Positions 1 to 11,107 of a stretch of DNA of 64,000 nucleotides are shown in pieces (the first letter of the stretch is position 1; the number at the start of each line of letters is the position of its first letter). The DNA is from Mustelus asterias (lineage: Eukaryota). The position numbers and the translations under genes are program-made. The notes under the pieces were generated by a model. That model saw only the letters and a program-made list of their open reading frames with translations. It was not told the origin of the DNA and made no database searches. The stretch covers positions 37,510,001-37,574,000 of the forward strand of contig NC_135823.1 in NCBI RefSeq assembly GCF_964213995.1, in the 5' to 3' direction.

Positions 1-750
1 TGGACCTCACTGTCTGAAAATATGGTAGAGGCAGAAATCCTCATCGATATTTAAAATAATACTTGGATGTGCATGTGAAATGCCGTAACCTACCGGGCTA
101 CGGCCCAAGAGCTGAAAAGTGGGATTAGTTCTTTTATGGCCATCACTGGACATGATGGGCCAAATAGCTTCCTGTTGTGCCATGAATTTTCTATGTTTCT
201 ATCAAATATCTAGTGGACTAGAATGTAAAAGGGTGCAAAATATTACTACAGTTATGCAAAACCTTAGGTAGAACACACATGGAAAATTGTGTACAGTTCT
301 GGGCAATTCTTAACAATGATACGCTGGCTTTGAAGGAGTGCAGTGCAAATGTACCAGAGTTCCAATTGTTAAAGTACGAGGAGAGAATATATAAATATAT
401 ATATCCATGCAAACAAAGTTAAGGAATGATTTGTTTGAGGTTTTTGAAAGTAATTGGGAAATCTTTTCCAATGCTGAATGGGTGGGTCTAGGACAAGAGA
501 TCACAAGCTTAAAATCAGAAGCAGATCATTCAGAAGGGAAGTTAGGAAACATTGCTTCACCAAAGGATAATAGAAGTGTGGAACTCTCTTCCATAAAAAG
601 CGGTAGACACTGGATCAATAATGACTCTTTGGTGAGGACTATTTGGTATTGGGATATGGACCAAGGCAGGTGGATGGAGATCAGCCACAAACTCATGTAA
701 TAATGGAATAGGCTTGAATGGTCTACTCCTTTTCCTATGTGATCCATAAT
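1..750 (+). mobile_element. Two degenerate CR1 3' fragments (about 1-200 and 400-750)
   Basis: Decayed GDLIEVFK / WNSLP coding remnants and TTCTAT-type tails. Confidence 0.65.
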
Positions 751-987
751 AACAATGCTACTAGGATGAGGAATGATAGAGGCTCAGATGGATTCAGAAC
801 ATGTTGACTACCACATTTTCACTAATGTCATTAGATTCTAAGTAGGTATGAACTGGGATTGTGTGCAGCAAAAAGGTGATGTACAGGATCAATACAAACT
901 CGGGTAAGGTGGAGGAATTTAATCAGAGTAGGCTAGGTTTTTATCCATTTTGATGAGTCAAGGGTTACTCAAATCTTACACTTTACT

Positions 988-1221
988 ATATAAAAGCAAA
1001 TTACTGCGGATGCTGGAATCTGAAACCAACAGAGAAAATGCTGGAAAATCTCAGCAGGTCTGGCAGCATCTGTGAGAAAAGAGCTGACGTTTAGGGTCCA
1101 GATGACCCTTTGTCGAAGCTGCTGCTTTGACAAAGGGTCATCTGGACTCGAAATGGCAGCTCTTTTCTCTCCTTACAGATGCTGCCAGACCTGCTGAGAT
1201 TTTCCAGCATTTTCTCTTTTG
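988..1221. mobile_element. Fold-back Penelope-terminus insertion (family B) with 13-bp TSD
   Basis: Inverted arms at about 1031-1119 and 1124-1217; flanked by CTTACACTTTACT at 975-987 and 1222-1234. Confidence 0.8.
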
Positions 1222-1816
1222 CTTACACTTTACTGTCAAAAGCACATAGTGCAATCTGAGGCAATGATAAAGTTTCATGAGACTCTCATTGTTCCAGGTT
1301 ACATATGAACTAGGAGCAGGAGTAGCAGTAAGCAATTCACTCCTCGAGCCTAGTCCAATACTTGATCAGATCATGGCTTAACCTATTGATTGTGGTTTCT
1401 ACTTTTCTGCCTACCTCCTTTGACACCCGTGTCAGTCAAGAATCAAATTAACTCGGCCTTAAAAACAGTCAACACCCAGCCGTCCACTGCTGTCTGGGGA
1501 AGAGAATTCCATAGACCAACAGCCCTCTGGGAGAAAACAATTCTCTATATCTGTAGTTCAGATTAGGACTAAATCAGAGAAATGGACAATTCAGCGATGT
1601 TTCATATTCTAAAGCAAATTCCAACAGGAAAAGTTCCAGGTGGACTATGCCACAAACCAAATGGTATGGCTTGCCTACCTCCTGCTATTGTGTGCAGACA
1701 TTTTGGATTAATACAAAGTACATAAAAGGGCCAACTGGTCTAAGATGCATTACATCTCTACTAACTGCATCTGCCACCTATCTGCCTGTATTGGTAGTCC
1801 ATCCATGTCTTCCTGC

Positions 1817-2225
1817 ATGAGGAGAGATTGGGTAGACTGGGGTTGTTCTCCTTGGAAAGACGGAGAATGAGGGGAGATCTAATAGACGTATACAAGATTA
1901 TGAAGGGTATAGATAGGGTGAACAGTGGGAAGCTTTTTCCCAGGTCGGAGGTGACGATCACGAGGGGTCACGGGCTCAAGCTGAGAGGGGCGAAGTATAA
2001 CTCAGACATCAGAGGGACGTTTTTTACACAGAGGGTGGTGGGGGCCTGGAATGCGCTGCCAAGTAGGGTGGTGGAGGCAGGCACGCTGACATCGTTTAAG
2101 ACTTACCTGGATGGTCACATGAGCAGCCTGGGAATGGAGGGATACAAACGATTGGTCTAGTTGGACCAAGGAGCGGCACAGGCTTGGAGGGCCGAAGGGC
2201 CTGTTTCCTGTGCTGTACTGTTCTT
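1817..2225 (+). mobile_element. Young 5'-truncated CR1 LINE 3' end
   Basis: Open ORF2 C-terminus LGLFSLERRRMRGDLIDVYKIMKG...TRGH...FFTQRVVGAWNALP, then a CR1-type 3' UTR. Confidence 0.92.
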
Positions 2226-2611
2226 TGCAGCCTTGCAATTGGACACATCCTTCAATTTGGTATCATTAGCAAATTTCAATCCTGTTCTCTCAATTCCTCG
2301 GTCAGGATCACTCAGGTAGGAATAATTAGGAATGAAGTGCCCTCCACACAGCACCTGTGCAAAACTAATCACTTTCCAATTTGAGACAATTACATTCCAC
2401 CCTACCTTCTGCCTTTGAATCATTTCTCCTGTTACTCACTTCTCCTTATTTCTGTGTACATCCTTCAGTAAGCAGGGTTACATGCTGATGGGGATAGAGC
2501 TTCGAGACCTACTTGCGATCTGCTTAGTCTGAACCCTGACAAATTCTGGATCTTTTAATTTGGATTGGTACCAGCCAATCACCCAAATCAGATGCCAAAC
2601 GTTGCATATGG

Positions 2612-2935
2612 TCTCAGTTCCAAAGAAGAGTCATGCCAGACTCGAAACATGAACACGCTCTTCCCACAGATGCTGCCCTCTTTTTAGGTCAAACCAAATA
2701 AACAAACTCAGATTAAGTCAGGACAAAGTAAAAGGGGCAGCTCCCCAGAAGGAGGGGGAACAGCCCGAACAGAAATCAAAGTATAAAGGAAACTTAAAAA
2801 CATCAAATTAAAATGTGATTATTAGGGTCAATAACGCACCCCAACCCCTGCGGTGCCCAGCGGGCCCTGCTGAGTTTTTCCATCACTTTGTTTTTATTTC
2901 TGATCACCAATATCTGTAATATTTTGCTTTTATAT
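2612..2935 (+). mobile_element. Penelope-end fragment interrupted by a Tx1/L1-like 3' end (about 2678-2865, minus)
   Basis: CAGATGCTGCC...CCTGCTGAG is split by an insert whose minus strand reads RWAPQGLGCVIDPNNHILI* followed by a T-rich UTR and an A-tail. Confidence 0.55.
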
Positions 2936-4284
2936 TGCATATGGTATACCTTCCAAGATTATTTGGATGAGGACCAAGTAGATATTAGTAAATTAGTGCT
3001 TTATTAAATGGCTGTGGACAATTATAGCAAGAAGACTCGATGGTGATTGTGTGGTCTTTCTGCTTTTTTGTAAATAGAAGTCACTGGCTTTGGGAAATGG
3101 CTATTTTGATTTTTGCCCTCATTAGCCCATGGTGAATGGTAAACAACTAGCAAAAAGAACTTCCTCTTGTGGAACATTACTAGATAAAGATCTCTGAAAG
3201 TATTTTATTTTCACTCTTATTGCAGTTAAGTTGCCAAGTTGCAGCTGATGGTTGGAATGCAGCACAACTTTGATAGCCCCTTGTATTAACAGAAAATAAT
3301 GAAATACTCAACTGGCCCTTCAGCATCAGAGGAGAAACAAGACAATGGGACAAGGATATCCACTTCACAAGCCCCTCCCATCACTCCAAACTTTGTGTCT
3401 TTACTTTCTGAGGTTGTTCTAGCCAAATTCAAAAAATTAGAGGCAACGTGTCCATCAACTTCTTGCATTCTCTTCTCTGAATATTTACTCTACCAATTGT
3501 AATTATTTTCCTGTTTCTTGTTTATGTTCCACTTTGCCCCAAACATTCCACAACTGTACCATTCACTTCTTTTCATTCTCATGCCTTTGTGCAACTCACT
3601 TGAGACAACAACCTTTGCAGATGATATAGAACTTTCAACTCTCTTCCAGTCAAAAAAATCCATGTCTACATTACTAATCCATTAGTAACATGTTGCATAT
3701 TACTATTCAGTATATTAGATAGTGTTTTCTCTCTCTCCCCTATTGTTAAACTGGTCAAAAAATACTTGCATTTATATAGCAACTTTTACAACCACAGGAC
3801 ATCGCAAAAGCACTTTACAACCAATAAATTATTTTTGAACTGCAATCATTGTTGTAATGTAGGAGAAACCACAGCCAATTTGCATACATTAAATTCCCAC
3901 AGTCATAGGGCAACAACTATGATGTTGACTGAGGGATAAATATTGATAGGACACTAGGAATAACTCCCCTGCTCTTCTTCGAAATAGTGCAAAGCAATCT
4001 TTTACATTCAGCCAAAAGGGCAGACTGGGGCCTCTTTCATCCAAAAGAAGGCACTCCTGTGACAGCCGCTTGTATTATCAGAAGCTGCTGCATCTCTGAT
4101 AGGCTCATACCATTTCTTGTCTATGTAACATTCATTTTATTACCCACATAAGCTGCGAGACACAACTGCCAACGTCAGAGTCAGGAGCAGACAGTGAAGG
4201 GTTTAGGACTGTCTTCTTTATAGTATAGTCTAGAAGAGCCTTCCCTGTTCCACATTCTACAACTCCTGAAAAGTTATTTTTGTT

Positions 4285-4568
4285 TTATTTATTTATTAGT
4301 CACAAATAAGGCTTACATCAACATTGCAATGAAGTTACTGTGAAATTCCCCTAGTCGCCACATTCTGGCACCTGTTCGGGTCAACGCACCTAACCAGCAC
4401 GTTTTTCAGACTGTGGGAGGAAACCGCAGCACCCGGAGGAAACCCACGCACACACGGGTAGAGCGTGCAAACTCCACACAGACAGTGACCCAAGCCAGGA
4501 ATCGAACCCGGATCCCTGGCGCTGTGAGGCAGCAGTGCTAACCACTGTGCCACCCACTGTGCCACCCC
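4285..4568 (-). mobile_element. V-SINE with alternative tail
   Basis: Same head and centre as 20783; tail GTGGCGACTAGGGGAATTTCACAGTAACTTCATTGCA...AATAAA. Confidence 0.85.
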
Positions 4569-7548
4569 CAATGTCCTTCTCACCAGGTAACTATGCCCAG
4601 TATTATTTGATTTAATACCAACTGATGAGAAACTAAATGAACAGACTTGCTAGATGCTTTGATGAAGCTAACGCTAGCTTTATATACTTGTCAGCCTACG
4701 AACCAGACATTCACTATTATTCTGCCAACTAATCCAACAACAAATGAATACAGTTCTAGCATTATCCATTCTAAAGAGACCATTTTAACAAGTCACGTGA
4801 TTTCTCATTATTTCTAGCCATTGTCTTTAAATACATTTGTGCAATAGCATACTTCACTGAATGATTAATGCATACTGTAGTGCATCATGTGTGTTACTGG
4901 ACTAGCAACCTTAAAGAAGAGAGTTTAATTCTCATCGCAGCAGTTTAAAAAAAACTTAACCCAATAAAAATTCATAGACTAGTACCATAAAGACTACCAA
5001 TCTCAACATCTAGACAATCAGCTATGACGAAGGGTCATCGAGACTCAAAACATTAGCTCTATTCTCTCTCTACAGATGTTGTCAGACCCGAGATTTCCCA
5101 GCATGAACAGTTGTTGTTTGAGCCACAGAGGGCACTTGATTCCAAATCCTCAAGATGTTTCTCCTTAATGATGTGTGTAAAGCAATCTCTACGAAGTACA
5201 CAGACTGAAACAATGTATATCAAGAGCCCATCAGCATTTCAGGGCAACTTAGGATCAGCAATAAGTGTGGCTTTGCTAATGTTACTCAAACACCAAGATC
5301 AAATAAAAAAAATATTCTAAGGTATTGCATTCATGAACTTTATTCACACTTATACAAAAGCAAAATCCGGCAGATCTGAAATAAAAACACAAAATGCTGG
5401 AAACTCTCAGGTCAGGCAATATCTATGGAGATAAACTTTTAACGTTTTGGGTTGATGATGATCCTTCACCTTGATGAATATGCAAGATTTTTCAGTATAA
5501 AGTTTATTTATTAGTGTCACAAGTAGACTTACATTACACTGCAATGAAGTTACTGTGAAAATCCCCAATCCCCTATATTGTCAGTAAATTACATATTCAA
5601 TGCAGGACATGGTGCCACAGCATGGCAGAATTATGCAAGTAATTCCTGACACAGGAAGTTCAGAATTCTAGTCATGCTATCAGGAAAGGCAAAACGTGGA
5701 TTTGGTTCAATCTGTACTTGCTGTACCAAGTTCGTACTAAATTACTAAACAGTTGGACTGCTTTTGATCGATAGCCACCAATAAAAAGGATGTAGATCTC
5801 ATTAAGTTAGCAACAGTCTAACCTGAAAAGCAGTCTAACCTGAAATTCTGGGTTATGTTAGGGACAGCAGCAACAATGTACATGAAACAACCATAAAGGA
5901 GACTTTCATGAAAGGCCTGAGGAAAGAGGGGACATTGTGTACTGCAGATACTGCCTGGCATCAATACTCCACTATATTTCAATGCTTAGCTTGTAAACTT
6001 CATAGCATTTTACTCAATATGGTTATTTATTAACAGGACTGAATTATCTAGATTCCCTAGAAGGGAAGACTTTTGTATCTAAATACATCAGTCTCGGAGA
6101 AGTTAAATCTTTTGCACAACCTCGAAACTACGAAACTCTTCATTTCCTTCACTCACCCCTTGCTATTACCCACAGGCTTTACAAAATCAGTACTGATTTA
6201 TCTTGTATTCTCTTCCCTCTTGTTCAAATTGCTGGCTTCCTGTACAACGGACCTTCATCCTTAACTTTATAATTTAGAGAAACATAAGATTTTCATATAA
6301 TGCTATAGATAGAACAGTGTTGATGCTTAAACATGGCACAAGATTCATTAAAGGGAAACATGTACAATATTACTCCCTCAGATATGCACATCTTTGAAAA
6401 TGTACAGCATCCAGATCCTCAGGGGCCAAGGCAGCTTACAGGTACTACCGTTGTGACATAAAAGATAGTTTAAAAAAGAAAAACCAAGACAAAACAATAA
6501 TACACTTACTGACAATATTGGCAAAAGAACTGTGGGGTTGTAGACTGTCAGGTTCCACAATATTGTGTACAAATCACAGTCAAACTCTAGGGACAGCTCA
6601 AATAACTAAAGTACCCCATTTTGAGAGGAACAAATTTACACAAAATTTCTCCAAAACCAGCACCCAGTCTGCACAATAAGGGCAGCATTATTTTTAAAGT
6701 GTATGCCACACCAGTCAGATATCCTATTACCCTGCTATTGTGTAGCTTCCACCATGATGGATAAATTATTTTTCTAAATATTTATGTAACATTAATAAGT
6801 ATTACACCTCAAGTGCCGAAGTCCAATAGTGAACTTAAGGAAAACTTTTGGTTTCAGAAATATTTCAACTCAAGTATTATAAAACTTGAATGTTGCAACT
6901 AAGATAACCATAAATGGAGCTTATGAGCTTGTAGATTTGAATCTACAAATTAACCACTGTTTCCAGTTACACTTCCTTAGTCAGATATCCGTACAATTTT
7001 GTTTAGCAAGCCCAACATAGCTACAGAAACTGGGAAATAACCAGTTGTTCAGTACCAGCTTGCCACTACTAGCTGGTATGCTACACGTTGAATAAAAAGT
7101 AAATGTTGAAAATCCATAAAAGAGTCGTCAATTAGTATCTGTAGAGACAAAGTTTTTTTATTTTAGATCTTCAGCCTTTTCTCATTTTCCCCCCTCCATT
7201 CATATCCTCTGCTGTCACATGATAATAAAGTTTGTTTACATTTTATCTGGGCAGTCAGTGAATGGATGAAGTGCTCTCATTCAAGGCTCTCCTCCCAAGA
7301 CAAGTCTCTATACCGAACAAATTAGAACAACAAGAAGTGACGAGCAAGTTTCAGATACTGAAAATACAGCACATAGAACACAGGAAATAGGAGTAGAGAG
7401 AGGGCCAATCAGCTGAAATGAAGGAGGGTCAACTCGGCAATCTGCAACAAACTTGTAACCATCCACATGGATAGTGGGAATCGGACACAACCTTTGCCTT
7501 TTAGCACTTACTATTATTAGATACAGCCAGCCACTGTCCCTCATGCTG

Positions 7549-7762
7549 TAACCTGGTGTTGTTAGACTTAAACATTATTCTGTAAATTGAGTTTGTGTCT
7601 CTGTGTGCCCTGTTTGTGAGCAGATCTCCCACTCCACCTGACGAAGGAGCAGCGCTCCGAAAGCTCGTGTGGTTTTTGCTACCAAATAAACCTGTTGGAC
7701 TTTAACCTGGTGTTGTGAGACTTCTTACTGTGTTTACCCCAGTCCAACGCGGGCATCTCCAC
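7549..7762 (+). mobile_element. Penelope terminus (family A) with an intact hammerhead-like motif
   Basis: Homologous to the reverse complement of 37492-37680; contains CTGACGAAGGAGCAGCGCTCCGAAAGCTC. Confidence 0.85.
7634..7672 (+). ncRNA. Minimal type-I hammerhead ribozyme-like motif
   Basis: CAC-CUGACGA-A-GGAGC(AGC)GCUCC-GAAA-GCUC-GUG: both catalytic boxes, perfect 5-bp stem II, short helix I and palindromic AGCU. Activity untested. Confidence 0.65.
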
Positions 7763-8106
7763 CTCACGTTTTCAACCTGGTATACTTCTTTACAACAAAG
7801 TCCCAAATCCTTTAATGAATTTAAGAGTAAATGACAGATGTTTTCATGCCCCTCTGACAGGAGGTCACATCGCTGTGCACTGCATCCTTGCAAGTCCCCA
7901 AGTCTCTGCATCTTCAGGGTCCCCACAAACGCAGGGCGAAGAGACTAACCTGCTCGGAAGGTGACCGACAACCCGCACAGTCCCCCTACAGGGCGGGGGA
8001 GACCCTGGAACTCAAGCTCCGGGCCGATATTTTAGGCTGTTGCCCCCCCCCCAAGGACAGGACAGGATGTCTCCCTCCCCCCGCCGCCGCCACAAGACTC
8101 ACTCAC

Positions 8107-8172
8107 CTGCCTCACTCCCAGCGACAGTACGGCTAAAAAGAGAAGGGCTAGGAGCCGGCGGGGCCCCGCCAT
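8107..8172 (-). CDS. First coding exon of an unidentified secretory-pathway protein (signal peptide MAGPRRLLALLFLAVLSLGVRQ); ERN2/IRE1 is a candidate by synteny only
   Basis: Strong Kozak context GCCATGG; basic n-region plus hydrophobic h-region; CAG|GTGAGT phase-0 donor; lies in a CpG island. No further exon recognised in 1-8100. Confidence 0.7.
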
Positions 8173-8620
8173 GGCCTGGGGGACACTCGGGGCTCACTGA
8201 CAGGGCTGGGGCCAGGCCGCCGCTGCCCGGCTTCGCTTCATCGCTCGCGCTCCGGCCGCCCGTGGACAACCCGCAGCGCGAGCTCCCCCCGCCCCCACTT
8301 CCGCTCCGGCTCGCCACCGGGAGCCCGCTGATTGGCTAACAAAACCAGGAAGTCGAGCAAGGAGGAGCGTGATTGGGCAGGGCACGAGTGATTGACATCG
8401 AAATCCACCAATCAGGCCAGGGTAAGGTAACGATGATTGGTCGCTGAGTGGGCGGGTTAGCCTGCCGGACTCAGCAAATCAGACGCGCGACCTCCGCAGA
8501 GGGGGCGGGGCCTTTGCACTGGGAGGGGCGGGTCCTGTCAAAGTGAAAGCCACAGCTCTCTGACACGTGGAGCTGTTTTGTTTGTAAATGTTAGCGAGAC
8601 TCTGGTAATTTCCTGTTCCG
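8173..8620 (-). promoter_or_regulatory. CpG-island promoter of the signal-peptide gene
   Basis: Clustered CCAAT/ATTGG boxes (about 8331, 8372, 8408, 8436), GC boxes (about 8501, 8526), ETS-like ACTTCCG and CAGGAAGT, E-box CACGTG at about 8564. Confidence 0.75.
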
Positions 8621-8889
8621 GGAGCATGCTGAGCATGCAAGGTCTGTTAAATTCCTAACTATCTAACAGAGGATGCAATCGAAAATACAGGCAAGAATCT
8701 AATTACTATAGGGTCAAGAATAGGCCATTCAGCCCCTGTAGCCTGCTTGTTCATCCACTTTACCAACCTTTGACCCGAAAAAGGCCTTCTCTCCTCTGCC
8801 CACGTTTCAACACATGGCATCTACAATCAGACCAAAGTGAGAGAAATCCGACCCCAGCAGCCCTGAAGTGGTGAGATTCCACGTGGACC

Positions 8890-10996
8890 CCCATAACAGA
8901 AGACAGCACAAATTTAATACTGTAAAGTAACAAACTTTAATTGGCAATAAAGACTAGTCTTTAGAATTAAACATTGAGCTAACTAATGGTCAGCACTAAA
9001 TTCAGAAGCAGTGCAGCTCTAAAACCAAGTCAACTCCCTCAGTTCAACAGATATTGGGGTGCTTGAATCATGCATTCTGCAAGTTAAGTGGCATTAAAAG
9101 TTGCATGACCCTTTACAATCATCTAAATCAAAGTATCAGTTTGTGCACATGGAAAATTCAGAACAGGGCAAAGGGTTTTTTTTGTAAAAAGATGGTATTT
9201 ACACTTAAATATTGCACCTCCTTTCACGATCATCAGGTCTAAGATCTATCAACTTATCCAAAACTCATTAAATCAAAATGTTTCACAACTTTTATCTATA
9301 TATACTAATCCAAGTAACGATTATCAATGATTAGAAACTGCCATTTATTGCCACTAGTGCAAGTATTCTGTAGTTCAAACGCTCACAGGGCAGGTACACA
9401 AATGTTACAGAGTAAACCTCCTTCTGAAGTGTCTCCCAGGGTAGATACAATGCTGGTTAGATTGTACTAAACAGTATTTTCGGAATAATTCTGAAAGTGA
9501 ATTGATGGCACAAGCCACTCAGTTTCTGATGAGAGATTTACAGGGTTGAGAATTGTTTTTTTTTAAACATCTCAACCCATAAGACACAGCAAACAGGTTG
9601 AAAACCTACATAACCTCTTACCAATGAACACTATTGGATCAAGTGCTAGATAGGTCTGAAAATTGTTTGGTGCTCTATTGTTTCAAAATTACTCAAAGGT
9701 TTGCTTGCTGTGAGGCGGATGGGGGAGGAAGGAAAGCAGAACTAGGTCTAGTTTTGAAATTATTTAAAAACACGCATCACCTTTTTTGCGCAGTTCAATT
9801 GATAATACCTGTCTTGGCTGAGTGCACACTACCAACTCTATGTTTAGAACATGGAAACACAGGATAACCCACTGAAGAGGTGCATATGGCACTGGAGAGA
9901 GGATCCTTCCACTGCAAAGTACTAAAAATAACCTAAACATTTTCTTCTCAATCGGTTTCCCGCCTGAGGTGCCCGGTAAAGCTGCATCTACCTGGGACGA
10001 CTGTGCTCAATACAGAATGGGGTAAAAACTTCGAGACTCATACCCTGCCTCCATGTGCGACAGAAACTGAAACCAATGAAGTGGAAATGGTCATGTAACC
10101 TTAAATTGGTACCGCTTTATGGCAACAGGTTGAAATCACTCGGTGCACGCAGTACTATCACATGGTTCACCCAAATATAGTTTCTTCGTCCAACAAATTA
10201 GTGGAAGTACAGTGGGTTCTGCTTAATTGCATAGTGTTGGGCCTGTAAAATTCCTTTATGCTACTAACTAGCAAAGTCAGTTAGATATAACATGGCAGAC
10301 AAACAGAATTCACTGTGCATTTCCTCTTTGTGTTCTCCCTTTTCCTTGGATCTTGCAAACAAGGCAAGTCAAAACTGCCATTCAGGCAGGACACTAAGGG
10401 CAACCGGGGAAGCTATTTAATTAAAAGGCATCCAACTGTAAAATGTCCTGAGAACAGACACGTGATGCAAGCTCGTTTATAGAAATAAACATTCCAATTA
10501 GGCTTTATATAATGTCAATATAACGGATCCATACGCAGACGGAGGAGGAGGAGCAGGCAGCTGAGGAGTACAAGTAAGTAGAGGCCCACTGTACTGTATT
10601 AGAGATAGCCCTGGATGGACACTGGAAACAAGCCTAGATTGGGAGGTTATCCATGTCACAGTAGATGTCATAAAATACTTCTAGTGCATCACCTGCAAGT
10701 AATTCTGGCTCTTACAGAACTTCCTGAATAATTTGGAGTTTTTCTTCTTTGAAACTGTTTTTTATTTGAAGTTCATAGGTAAAGTCAAATTGGACATACC
10801 ACCTCCAGCTCCTGGTGAGGATCTTCCAACACATTTTTATAAATCAATTTTTTTTTTAAATCATTGTTGGCATCTTCCAAGGTTGGAAAGGGAGAGGGGA
10901 GGAAGAATTACAATCCAGTATGTGAAAGTTCCAATTGACCAGTTTTATAGTCCTTTGGTTTCAGTCTATCCTTCACTGCCAGAGGTGGAGGCACAT
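8890..10996 (-). other. Putative UBFD1 3' UTR with candidate polyadenylation signals
   Basis: About 2 kb with no repeat I can recognise after the stop. On the minus strand: AATAAA at 9349-9344, and ATTAAA near 8941-8936 and 8918-8913 followed by a GU-rich stretch. Confidence 0.5.
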
Positions 10997-11107
10997 TCAA
11001 AAATACTGCCACTTCCCAAGGACTGTATCTTTGATTGCATCAACATACTGTGTAGGCACCCAGTAAACCCAATAGTACGAAGCTTCAGTGGGACCCAGCT
11101 GAAATGC
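10997..11107 (-). CDS. UBFD1: UBFD1 terminal coding exon 7
   Basis: TCTTTCCAG acceptor; AFQLGPTEASYYWVYWVPTQYVDAIKDTVLGKWQYF followed by TGA. Confidence 0.96.
   Translation of the reverse strand, partial: AFQLGPTEASYYWVYWVPTQYVDAIKDTVLGKWQYF

Noticed and set aside
3200-3670. Nearly open minus-strand frame (MDFFDWKRV...NW*SKYSEKRMQEVDGHV...)
   Set aside because: Internal stops, no recognisable domain and no convincing splice sites; cannot be supported without a homology search.
8099-8317. 72-aa ORF MASRSGSGGGG... as the first exon product
   Set aside because: It starts at a non-ATG codon in GC-rich sequence. The ATG at 8172 in another frame has Kozak context, encodes a signal peptide and meets the donor in phase 0.
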